DNA from: Bilabrum cf. latius
Taxonomy: Eukaryota
DNA length: 64,000 nt
Direction: 5' to 3'
NCBI GenBank assembly: GCA_965178125.1
Contig: OZ237771.1
Location: 310,001 to 374,000, forward strand
Position numbers and translations under genes: made by a program. Positions 39,432-50,900 of the stretch are shown here, one piece after another; position 1 is the first letter of the stretch, and each line of letters starts with the position of its first letter. The notes beneath the pieces were generated by a model. The model saw only the letters and a list, made by a program, of their open reading frames with translations. It searched no databases and was not told where the DNA came from.

Positions 39432-41699
39432 TCACTTCTAGCTGCCGCACCACGTCCGCACGGACACATACGCCAACGTGAGCCCGCTGCTCCCATACAC
39501 TTGCACAGCAATCCCACCGCTTGCACTGCTCGCCCACCAGCCACTGCTCGCCCACCAGCCACTGCTCCTCCGACCATCCGCCGCTATCTCAAGCGAAGCC
39601 TCGCCAAAGAAAGAACCGTCGTGCTTACCCACGTGTAGCTGGCCCCCCATGTCGATCGCTGGATTCACGGCGAGTTGGATCGGCTGGCCTCCATCCACAG
39701 ACACCTGCGCCCACACCGACAAAGTCCCCAACTCGAATTGCACAGCGTCTGGACCCCCGAGGCCGAGCCTCAGCTCGGCACGGCGCAATACACTGCAGTT
39801 AGTACTAAACACGAACTCAGCGCCGTCGGTGGGATATAGCGGCTGCAGGATCTTGGGCGAGTACGAGTCGCGCACCTGGAGCACCTGCTCCTGTGCGAGC
39901 ACCCCTGCTCCTTTCTTGGTGCGGGTTTGGCCGGTGCAGGCAGGCACGCCATCTGTGCCTTTTGTACCGCTTGACGCCATGGTAACCTTTAGAATGACCG
40001 TCTCGAACGGTTCCAGATGCATAGCTGCTGGGGGAGCCTCGAGCACTTGCTCGGCAAGAACAGGGGCCTGCTCGCTCTTCGAGTAAAATAGCGACTTGAT
40101 CGAAACGTTGGTTTCAGCGCTCAGTCCAGCCCACTGCATTTCCACATTTGTTGCATTGGGGAGGAGGTTGTGCACAGCCACGAATAACACAGGACCTGTC
40201 GTTAAGCCATGCCCCTCAGGGTCCCTATCGCTACCAGGAGGCAATGCATCCGAGTCGCGAGTGACGAAGGCATGCACCTGCACGTTGGCGTCGCTCGAGG
40301 AGGCGAAAACCGGAACTCCATCCACCTCGTTCCACAGCTCGTAGTGAAGATGAAGATAGGTCGGCACCCAGTACCCGTCCACCGGGGACTCGGATTCGGC
40401 ATCGGACTCGGAGCCGCTAGTAGTTGCTACCTTGCGCCAGTGCCACAGGACCCAAGGGTACGAATGCAACGGGTCCTGTTTCTCTTTCGGGTCCCAGCTA
40501 GCCCTCGCTACAATGAATGGCACGGATTTCGCGACCAGTGCCGGCCTGTCGAGGAACGTCATGAGCATCCCGTTCACCTCCCGCATGATGACCCAGTCGT
40601 TCTCCGGCTTGTACACCTGCATGCCAGAGCTGCCCGAATAGAAGCCCGCCCCGTACTCAGAGACTACGATGGGCAGAGGGTCCTGTCGCCCCGGCACAGC
40701 TGCGATGGAGGCAGCTGCCATAAGGCCCAGAACAGCAGCCGCGTTTGATCCTGTCCGGTGGCTGGTCTGGTTGGATCCGAGCGCCGTCGCGTTGAATGTG
40801 CTGTAGAGGTGAACCGACAAGCAGTCCATTGTGGAGCCCGCTTCAGCGATGAACACGCCCATACTGCTGTTCCAAATCGAGAAGTTGTTACCCTGAAACT
40901 CCGGGTAGGCAGCTGTGGGCCCGCACACCATTGGGGTCGGCAGGCTGCCGGTTGTTGATAGGTCCGATTTGGCCCCCTGCAAGGAATACGAAGCAGCACC
41001 GCGCATGATAGGGTCCTGCTTAGCTGCAGCTCTAGTGCGCTAAGTACCGTGCAAAGCCATTGCCACCGCGGTGTGTACATCAATCATCTGCTGCCATGTT
41101 GTATTGCATCGAGAGACCTTCACGTTGCACTCGTTCGCAACCTCTATGAAGTACCTCGATCGAGCACTTGGCATCATACAGTGCTAGTAAAATAGCGAGA
41201 AGAAATCTGCAGCAGCTTCGATCGATCCTGGTACAAAGCCGTTCGGCGTATTGGGAGGCTGCGCACACCCGTTCGAGTACAGTTGCGCCGTCTTGGACGA
41301 ATGGATCAGATCCACAGAGTCGAGCGGCCAATTGCCAAGATTAAGTGGGTTCTGTTGACACGAATTGATAAGAGATTGCTTGTCAACGAAGCCAGGGTGC
41401 GATGGGTCCTCCTTACAGGCAGACATCCGACCACTAAATACAAACGATCGGCCCAGACTGGCCCTCAATCTCCCCGAAAAGTCAGCAGCCGTAGAAACAT
41501 TCCAATTTGCAGATCCAGGGGAGGAATGCACATTGAAAAACTGCTACCTGTCAATCGGACTTGGTGCAGTTGCACCAGCCACGAAGGAGAGCTATATTGA
41601 CGCGTCGACCTCCACATTTGCAGCGCCCACTACACTTGCCGAGGCGCATGCAATATATAAAATTCCTTTTTGGAACATACTATATCTCGATACAAGCAT
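39432..41699 (-). CDS. Secreted glycoside hydrolase family 86 (beta-porphyranase/beta-agarase-like), ~755 aa, intronless
   Basis: Leader peptide; IDR[TAG]QFFNVH; FIEVANE (acid/base); GPTAAYPEFQGNNFSIWNSSMGVFIAEAGSTMDCLSVHLY; IVVSEYG (nucleophile); KSVPFIVARASW; YELWNEVDG...SSDANVQVHAF. Collinear with Bacteroides plebeius BpGH86A as recalled. TAG at 41592, 41544, 41184, 41040 and 39438; TGA 39432. Confidence 0.85.
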
Positions 41700-41814
41700 A
41701 ATGTTTGGTAGACGGTCTCGGCAAGCGGTGATGTGTGCACGCTACAAACTGAAAGACAGATTTCTCGATAATTCGCGACAAGAACCAAGCGAACCGCCAA
41801 TAAGAACGCAGGAA

Positions 41815-43281
41815 ATGTCTAGCCTATTGATTCTGAATAATTATAACTTTCGTCAAGCTGCTGCAGAAGGAAACGAAAGCAAATTGTTGAAGACTATTCA
41901 CGGTGGGGCCTTCATAGACCAATTGGATGATGTGAGTTGCATTGCAAGGGGGTAATAGTCAATTTAAGTGCACGCATAGCTACTCTATCATGTAATTCAG
42001 CAAACAAGAAGCAGTTTGTCTGTTGAGACCGTATCACCAGTATAGATACTATGACTTTCTCAACAGAGTGGTGAAAGGCACAGGTTGGCAAGGCCTTGTT
42101 TTCGTGGCACAGATAACTCCACCAGGGTATTCTAGGAGTAAATTAGTGTATCTAATTTTATTATCGTGCTGGTAGAATTTACTTAAATTCATTGTGCGCC
42201 GCAGGACAGACAAACAGCTGCTTGGAGTGTCGCGCACAGGGGGGACTACAAGTCCTTGGCTGTTCTGCTCGAGCGGGGTGCCGACGTGGGCGCGACGGAC
42301 ACTGTGAGCTCTTAGCATGGCTTACGCAGGGAAAGTGTGCGTATAATTAATATTCTGCGCGGTTTGATAAGGTCTGATTGTTCCTTTGCCACCTGGTATC
42401 ATCACTAGGGTTACGGGTAAAGGGGTAACCAAATAGGCCCTCGTTCACTGATACTATTAAAAATATTGGGATTGCACTTTTTAACCTTACACTTCGAGCA
42501 GGCTGCATGGACTCCCTTGCATATTGCTGCTGGGCAAGGGCATTTGCGTTGTCTTCATCTTTTGTTGAAGATGGGGGCCGATCCGGACCTGCAGACAGGC
42601 GTAAGGAGTCCCTTACTAATAACATGGTCCTAAAAATGTCGTTGATTCGGGTGCCGTACCATTAAACTATACATGTGTATTGCTTGCTTTTACCTTCCGC
42701 AGCAAATAGGCACACCGCTTCACATTGCAGCGCTTAATGGCCACCGCCAATGCGCCACAGCACTGATGGACGCAGGTGCTTCTCGGTATATATTAGCTGA
42801 ACGGAGCAACGGGGCAGTGAGGAATTGTCCGAACAAGCTTGCCTATGCGCTAACGCAGTGGCTGCTGGCGAGAGTCTCTGCCAATTGTTTCTACTCTCTC
42901 CATTCATCGTTCGCATTGCAGGCAAGGAAGCGCCCAGATGAAGCTGCAGAATACGAGGGACACTTGCGGACTGCATAGGCCATCAGGGCCTTTGTACCCG
43001 GTAGAAGTCGCATGCTACGGCAGTTGACGCACTGGAGGAGGGCAGTAGAGGCCAAGAGGGACGCATCGATGGTATTTCGGGCAGCCAGCGAGGGTAGGCC
43101 AATGGAGCTGGCAAAGAGGCTTAAACTGGGCAAGCTGGCAGGTGGCTTGAGAATACACGGCCCCGTAAAAACAGACAATGCAGGAAACTATCGCATGGTG
43201 TTGCCACTCGAGGCTGCCCGGATGCATGGACACGGTGATTGCGTGAGGTTGCTGAGGAGAGCGAGAGCGCTTGGCTTCTGA
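41815..43281 (+). CDS. Ankyrin-repeat protein 1; exons 41815-41931, 42205-42303, 42502-42600, 42703-42816, 42922-43281
   Basis: Canonical phase-0 GT..AG introns; WTPLHIAAGQGH, GTPLHIAALNGH, LLERGADV. TAG 42976 is in frame. Ends TGA. Confidence 0.85.
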
Positions 43282-43420
43282 CAGATGCCTTTCAGCGGCG
43301 AGGCATGAGCCAGATTGTCAAGCAAGCGGCAAAGTACATAATCTACGTCCGTGGTTATGCTCTGAAACGTCACGCGGTCCAATCTATCCGGCTAGATCAA
43401 GCAGGAAAAATATGGCAGAT

Positions 43421-44315
43421 TCATGTGCCGCCATCACTCCCCGACGAAGGCACGCTCGGCATTCCCAGCTGGGCCATCATGGAAGCAAGGTCCGCTTCTG
43501 ATGACGATGAGGCTGCGTTTCCAGCGCCACTGCCCCCGTTGGCACCAGCTGCAACGGCCCCGCCACCCGCACCGACCGCTGCAGCAGCTCGCCCAGCCGC
43601 CGTCCTGGTAGGCGCAGCGGCCGCTGGTGCCGCTACACCCGTGCCCAGGGGAACCGATCCAGCGCTATCCATCGCAGCAGACGCCTCAAGTCCCAGTTCA
43701 CCCATGACTTCGCCCAGCACGTCCTCTTCTTCCTCGGAATCGTCGTCAAAGGCCGAAGCGAGCGCGTCATTCATCATCTCCTCCGTCATCCCCATCTGCT
43801 CGCTCACTCGCGCATACTCTCTGGCCATGCCCGGTATGTTTGCTTTCCCTACGGCATCGGAACTTCGTTTCATGGCCGAGGCGGCGGAGCCCAGAGCGAT
43901 ACCCGTAGTTGCTTGCGCTGCCATCGCGGTTACTTGAGTGGAGATCGCACCAACGTGGGACTTGTTCACTTGTATTGTTTCCTTTTGTTTTCGTATCTAC
44001 ACCAATTGCTTTGCAAGCTGCCGCGCAATCTTCCTGTTACCTCCAACGCCAGCTTCCTTCCTGACCTAGGAAACAAGTTTGGCCTCCTCTCGCTCTAGTT
44101 CCCGGTACTGCCGGTCAAGATCACGAGTTGAGCCTCGTATTTCCCGTTTACTTCGTTTGCTTTCGGCTGGAGTACATGAAAAGGAGAGAAGCAGTAGATG
44201 CCCACGTGTGAATGCAATCGTGCTGCGTTTCCGTCGTGTGCATACCTAGTATTGTCTCACCCTTGATCTAGTCTCTAGCAGACATTTTAGGTTCACTAGA
44301 CCCAAATGAAAACAT
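43421..44315 (-). CDS. CHMP2: ESCRT-III subunit CHMP2/VPS2 (CHMP2B-like); exons 44315-44261 and 44166-43421
   Basis: Spliced translation MFSFG...REIRGSTRDLDRQYRELEREEAKLVS[TAG]VRKEA...LAKQLV[TAG]IRKQK...MGMTEEMMNDALASAFD...EEDVLGEVMGELGLE. Intron GTGAGA...CCAG. Ends TGA. Confidence 0.9.
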
Positions 44316-44900
44316 TATCGTGGTATAGTACCAGTTTTTTTGGGCAATTCTCGACAACCCTTGCTTAATTCCGGTTATATGATTCTGCGAAATTGCGAAG
44401 AAATGTCCCAAGTATATAGTCCAGCCTATCGCAACATGGTGAATCTGCGTATCCTCGACCTTATTTCATAGCCACATTACAGTTAAAAGCTCGTTGCTGT
44501 ATCTGATACCCGCGCATGACTATTTGTCAATGACGGCATACTTGCTTTTGTGTTACGCAGACAAGGCGTGCGCTTCGGCTTAGCAAAAGCTCGCGGCTCA
44601 TTACCGCTCGATTTGAACCACAAACTCACATGTTCCTCATCCGCATGTGGTCGGATGATCCAATCCCATCCGGAGCCACCCCAATCAGCCATTGCCATGC
44701 CCAATCCGGGCCACTCGTCCGTGCACCACCACCTGCCCAGCCTGTGTCTCCCCCTTTCTATCCACCGTATCAACCATATGACCCCAACAATCTTCTCCTC
44801 TTTTATTACGCCCCCGTCCGCTTGGTGAACCGTCACCCCTCCCTACTCCGCCCTCACCCCACCCTTCGCCCCCCCTAGCCGCCGCCGCTCCTGCTACCAC

Positions 44901-45079
44901 CTCACCAAACCGGCCTCCTGCTCGTACCTCACCAAACCGGCCTCCTGCTCGTACCTCACCAAACCGGCCTCCTGCTCGTACCTCACCAAACCGGCCTCCT
45001 GCTCGTACCTCACCAAACCGGCCTCCTGCTCGTACCTCACCAAACCGGCCTCCTGCTCGTACCTCACCAAACCGGCCTC
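44901..45079. repeat. 27-bp perfect tandem repeat, 6 full copies plus a 17-bp partial
   Basis: CTCACCAAACCGGCCTCCTGCTCGTAC repeated without spacers. Confidence 0.95.
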
Positions 45080-45813
45080 ATCAACCGCACTCTCTCCTCT
45101 GCGTTGCTACATCGCATCTGAGTCTGCACCTCGAGCGGGCCCTGCGCCCACCGCGCAACCTTAACCCCAGAGACCTGTCTGGGCAGAGACACTCTTGGCC
45201 AGAGACCTGCCTGGGCAGAATCGGCACAGGGGCTATGGCAACCACTGGCAATTCCTAGGGTGATGTTGGGCTATTTGTCAACGATATTACTCAATATCAG
45301 CGCCTCTACTGAACTCATAGAGGGTGCTCTTGGTATCGCAAGTAGGCCGTTATAACTGGTCGCGTTACCTGTTCCCGGGGTTGCGACCACCGGTGCCCTT
45401 TCATTCCGAGTTTCACTTAGTCCCGCGACCTTAGCGAATATGGCGAACGTGGGGCATGCAATAGTTAAGGTTTCCCAGTAGAGTGCTGACACCAGGCCTG
45501 CGAAACGTGCGCGAGGTTTCTGCAGAGGACGGGGGGTTTGCAAGAACGCCCGTGTTGATCCTTCAAGCAGAAGATTAAAACCACTAGTGCAACCTTGTTC
45601 CACTTTGATATACACAACGTATCTCCGGATTATCGTGATAATGTGAGCTCTTGTGATACATTCTCTATTCTGGCAATCAATGCCAGTTTTAATTGAATCT
45701 GATACCTGTGCATGGTAGATTGCGGCTGCATTCTGACAGACACTTCTTCTGCTAGATCCCGCCGAAGATTCAATCAGCATGAGCTTGTGTCGCCCAATAA
45801 ATCATGCAATTAC

Positions 45814-47672
45814 ATGTAGTATCTACTTCGCAGGGGAGACGTACTGCGCCAGGCTGTCATTAATGGCAGAATGGACGATATGATCGCAAGCCTTGACGCT
45901 GGAACGGACATTGATTCTAAAGATGAGGTTAGATCTAGTGATATTGTGCTGCATGATGGTCAGTAGGGCCACATATAAGTTTAAGTGGTGTCTTGTCATG
46001 TACCACATCATCCTCCCGCCGTACAACAAGGCCCCCATCGGAGGCACTGGCGGGGAATGGCTGATCGATCATCAAGGAGGACGGTAGGGGAGCCCGGGCC
46101 ACCCACCATAGGATGGCAGGGTATTGTATACCCGTTTATTGAATTGGTTGTACCTTGCTTTCAGCCTGATGGGCATGGCCAGTGACCACTCAGTCTCCCC
46201 CGGTAGCTGTGGGCCGCACATCATCGGCTGTCTGCATATGCTCTCACAGCCATTGGTACACCGCAGGATGGTTGGTCAGCTACGTACTATGCTGCGCAAC
46301 AATGCAGGACCCGGTGTCTGAAGCTACTCATTGAGAGGGGCGCTGACGTGAATGCCGCAAGTAACGTGAGATACATAGGCTTCCTGGCCATTCGAATTCA
46401 CGCGGGCATATAAAATAGATATGATCTTGGCCCATTCTGGCCAGCTTGCGCTATTCACCCATCGTTTTGCGCAACCTGCTTCCGGTGCAGCTGCCACTTC
46501 AACATGCGGGCCACTTTTCCATTCCTTACCGCAGAGTGGCTAGTCCCCAGCGCATTAGTCCAGTCAACAAGGCGAGACGGAGGCGCTGCAGGCTCTCTTG
46601 AATGCCGGGGCTAACCCGAATGCAGTAGATGGGGTAAGATAGATAACATTCGTAAATGTCCGATTCGTGGGACACTGCAGCGCGATAGCTGACATGGCGG
46701 TAGGCACTACCCATGTGAGCGCTCAACCGGGCGTTAATAAGAGACAAAACAACGGCATGAGCCGGAACGGCCACTGCCGCGCTGCCCCGCCTCCTTCCCT
46801 AAGGAAGAAGACTAGGGAATGCCTCGCAAGCTGCTGGTCGCACTGGCGGTTTTAATCTTCTTCTTGAAAGTCGCACTGGCGGTTGCAACTTCGCGTTGGT
46901 AGAGTATGTGTAGGTTCGCTTGCGGGCGGTGCAAATGCTCGTCCGTGGTTCGCCCTTTTCTAGGTCGAGTCCGCACGGGTGTGTGTGTCCTCCTGGTGTC
47001 CTCTGCGCTACTTGGCACGCTGCTGCCGCGACGGATCGCCTGGGAACCCTCCTGTCTACATTAAATCACGGCATCAATTGCGTAACGTGCGATTCCCCCG
47101 TATCCTCCGCAGAGTGGAAATACTCCTCTCCACAATGCAGCGAAGCGTGGCAGCATCGCGTGCGCCACCATGCTCATGGAAGCAGGGGCCCGCAGGGACA
47201 TCAAGAACAATGTGAGGATTCGAGGTGATTGGTTGGTACCAGTCTCGGCTCGGCCCATTCCGACTTGAATCGTAACCATATTGCTTGCCCCAAGCGCCTT
47301 TCCCCGCCGCTTTCTTCCAAATTGGCCCAACAGGACGGAAAGACTCCAGCAGATATGGCAGCGGCGTGGGCAATGGCCGAAATGACCGCCACCATCCAGT
47401 CTTTCATCCAACCGCGAGCCCGGGACCTTATTTACCATAGGAGGGCAGTGGAGGCCAAGAGGGACGCAGGCATGGTGTTCATGGCAGCTTCAGAAGGCAG
47501 GCCCATGGAGCTGGCCAGGAGGCTGAGGCTGGGCAAGTTGGCGGGGGGGCTGGAGATCAAGGGCTCTGTCACACTTGACGATGGGAGCTCTAGCCATGTG
47601 CTTCCAGTAGAGGCAGCCAGGATGGGAGGGCATGACGACTGTGTGAAGCTATTGGAAGACGCGACGGGGTGA
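45814..47672 (+). CDS. Ankyrin-repeat protein 2 (paralog of protein 1); exons 45814-45927, 46267-46365, 46535-46633, 47113-47211, 47334-47672
   Basis: Three internal exons of exactly 99 nt, each one ankyrin repeat (e.g. SGNTPLHNAAKRG). Shares C-terminus RRAVEAKRDA.MVF.AASEGRPMELA.RL.LGKLAGGL with protein 1. TAG at 45817, 46541 and 46556. Ends TGA. Confidence 0.85.
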
Positions 47673-47975
47673 TTTTGTGTGCCAATTGCCCGCAGCGGCC
47701 CTCCATGCGTACATGCGTGTTGTGCCGATGAGACCCTGGCGCTCTGCGCCCACCGTGCGTTATACATCTTCGAGATAATATTTGTCGCACTAGAGAGTAT
47801 ACATTTGTATCAGACCTGGCAAACCGCTGCATTTTGTACCACCGAAATGTGAATGGTGAAGATAATTAGTCGCAGAGTCGTTGCATGAGAACGTACTGCC
47901 CACCTGTACTGCGAGGAACACCGATTTTCCCCTGTATACACAACTGTATATTCCTAACAGGTAACAAAATCACCG

Positions 47976-50900
47976 ATGGAGTCGAAAGCAGACTCGAAGG
48001 GTTCCTTTCGTGCAGCAGACGCCGGCCGAAACGTACGCCATCCACCGATGGAGAGACGACCGACCGCATCGACCGAGTTGCGCAGCAAAAGCTCGTTCGC
48101 TGCCGATGATACGAGCAATGCAGGCTTACCTATCACCGATTCCCACACGCTTGCAAGGGCCATGCTTGCCAGGCATGAGGAGCGAAGCGTTTTCGAGGAT
48201 GAGCGAAAGCTGAGCGATTTGCAAAAGCAGCAACTCTCAACCCCCGGCGCAGGCGCAGACCCCTTTGCGATGATACAATCAGCTGTTAATAAATCCAATG
48301 CGAGGGCTTCGATGGTCCCGTACGAGCCGCTGGGCGCGTTCGGGTCTGCATCATCCGGAACCTCCGGCAATCGAGGCTTTATCATCGGCGGAAGAGGAGC
48401 AGGAGTAGCTGGCGCAGATGAGGACGACCAGCAGTCGTTCGATTCATCCGTTTCCTCCGTATCAAGCGGCTTTTCTCTCCCTGACTCGGGTCTGGAGGTC
48501 GCACGCCACCTCCGATTGGCAGCAGAGGCGGAGGCCGCGGCTGCTCGCCTTGGAGCGAGCATACAGGAGGTCGCAGAATTCCGGAGAGAGCTGCTCGACG
48601 CGGCGGGGGCTCCTCCCAACGTGGCCCGAAGACTAGCGGTTGTAACCTCGGCTCTCGTCCGGCGTGGCAGCGACGCCTCCGAGGCCAACCGCGCGCTGGC
48701 CCGGGCAGTGTCTCGACTGAGTCGAGGTGTGGCCGGGAGCGAGCAGGTGGCACGGCTGGTGGGCGAGTGCGACAGGCGAGGGGCCGAGAGAGATGCGGCC
48801 AGGCTTCGGTGCCTCGATGCAGAGAGGAGGGTGCGGGTGCTGGCAGCGGCTCTGCAACGGTGGAGGGGGGATCTGGCTTCGTTCCGGTGGTAGCGTGTCA
48901 TTACCAAGGCGCTCGCTCGTCACACACTGCGGGTGTGCAACGCGCGGCTGACGCGGCTGCAGGCCCGGGCGCAGCGGCACCAGAAATTCGCCGCGCACCT
49001 CCGGCAACGACTCAAGACGGCCCGCCGCGTGATCGAGGCCGCGGCTGAGGCAGACACCACCGGAGTGGTGAGTACCTCTGCGGCGGCCGTAATGGCATCG
49101 GGAGGTGTAGGCTTAACACCGGCCATGATCGACGCCATCGCCCGAGCAAGTGCCCGGGCGGCGTTTCACTCCGGGGGTGCCATGGGGTCGTCGTCTGGTA
49201 GGTCGGGTGGCCTCGCCGGCTTGGGTGGTGTGACGAGTGCAGGCGGTGTGACGAGGGCGGCCCTGGGTTTGGACGGCGGTCTCGGCAGCGGTGTGGGCAT
49301 AGTGGGGGGCACCATGGGCCGGGCCCGGAGGTCCTCCACTAGGTCAATGCGTGGAGGAGGAGGTGGGGGAGGAGGGGGAGGAGGGGCGGGGTCTCCTGCC
49401 CGGCATTCCTTCGCGGCGACTCGAAACGCGTCGGGCACAATTTCAGGTGCATTGCATGGTGGTGACCGTGCCGTGGCAGGTGGCAGCGTGGGTCGACCGC
49501 ATCGCCAATCCATGCACAGCACTGCCTCGCGCAGGTCCCGGGGCAGCCGTAGGAGCAGCACTCGGAATCGAAAAGGTCGCAAGATTGGTCGCAAACCCAG
49601 CGTGCGATGGGCCGGGGATGGTGTGACGAGTGATGACGGATCTGCGAGCGGCAGCGGTACAGGGTCAGAGGGCGGCAGGAGAGGGCAAGAAGATGACGAT
49701 GATGACGATGACGATGATAGCGTTGACGGTGACGACATCGCCCGCATGATCCGATCCATCGCCCGACAGCAAGAACAAAGGTAGGGCGGGGTCAGGAGAA
49801 GCAGCGGGCGCGCACGAGGAGGAGGAGGCGGGTCTCATAGCAGGAGCAAGAGCAAGAGTAACGGTGGATCCAGCGGCAAGCATGCCGGCAGCGGAGACAC
49901 TGGAGATGAAGATGAAGATGCAAACTCAGATGAAGATGAGGATGAAGATGCAGACAGCTTTGACGATGGTCCGACTCCCTTGAGGCCGATGGGTGGGGGC
50001 CGGAAGGCCCGGCAAGCCGCCATCGAGGGCGTGCTCCAGGCCCTTTCTAGTGCCATGCCCGGGCAGATGCAGGAAGCCATGGGACATGCCACTCCGAAGG
50101 GTTCGCGAGGGAACGTTCGTCAGGGATCAAGCAGCTCCTTTGGGTTATCACGGCGCGATCGTCAGCCGGGCGGGCCAGGAGGGGCAGGTACACCCCGTTC
50201 GATGAAGGGGAAAAAAGGCTCCGAATACCTCATGGTGCCGAAGGGGCACTCGTCACTCGGTGCCACGCCACGTGGCAGTGGTGGTGGGGGTGGGGGTGTG
50301 ACGAGGGGCATGGTAGGACAGGAGCCCTCCTTCCGCGATGATGGCAGCCCAGGGGCATCGCACGGTGGTGCAGCACCGCAAATCCCGATGGAGGCTCTTC
50401 GCGTGGCGGCGGAAGCCGCTGTCAAAGCGGCCATGGAATCTGTGGGGGTCGGCTAGGGCAAGGCCTTGCCCTTCGGCACGAAATAGAAAAGCCTCAGGAA
50501 GGGGAAGGGGAAGGGCCGCAGCAAGAGCAAGGGCGGAAGCCGCGTGAAGGGGTCTAGCGCGGCTCGCTCCATGGCTGGTACAGTCCCCGCCACATCATCC
50601 GTTGAACGGTTTCAGCGGGATGTCCTGCAGCGAGGCGGCTCCAAAGCCGCCATCAAGCACGTCATTCGCGCGGCCAAATCTAGACTAGACACTGTCGGCA
50701 GGAATGGCATGAGCAGGCGCCGAGGCTCGCTTCCAAGCAACCTCGCTGTCGCCATGCCTTTGGGACTGCCAGATGAGGACGACAGCATTCTAGCCGATAT
50801 CGTGGGCATCCGGACGGACGATGGTGACCCGGATGCGGAACTTGCGATGCGCGGCGACCAGGCGGCTGCGGCAAGGATAGCCAGTCGGCTCGGGGTGGGG

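Noticed and set aside
44901-45079. CRISPR or telomeric repeat
   Set aside because: Contiguous 27-bp units without spacers, internal position, not a telomere-type motif.
45064-45780. Minus-strand ORF (169 aa, extendable through TAG 45271)
   Set aside because: No recognisable motif and atypical composition; cannot be supported as a gene.
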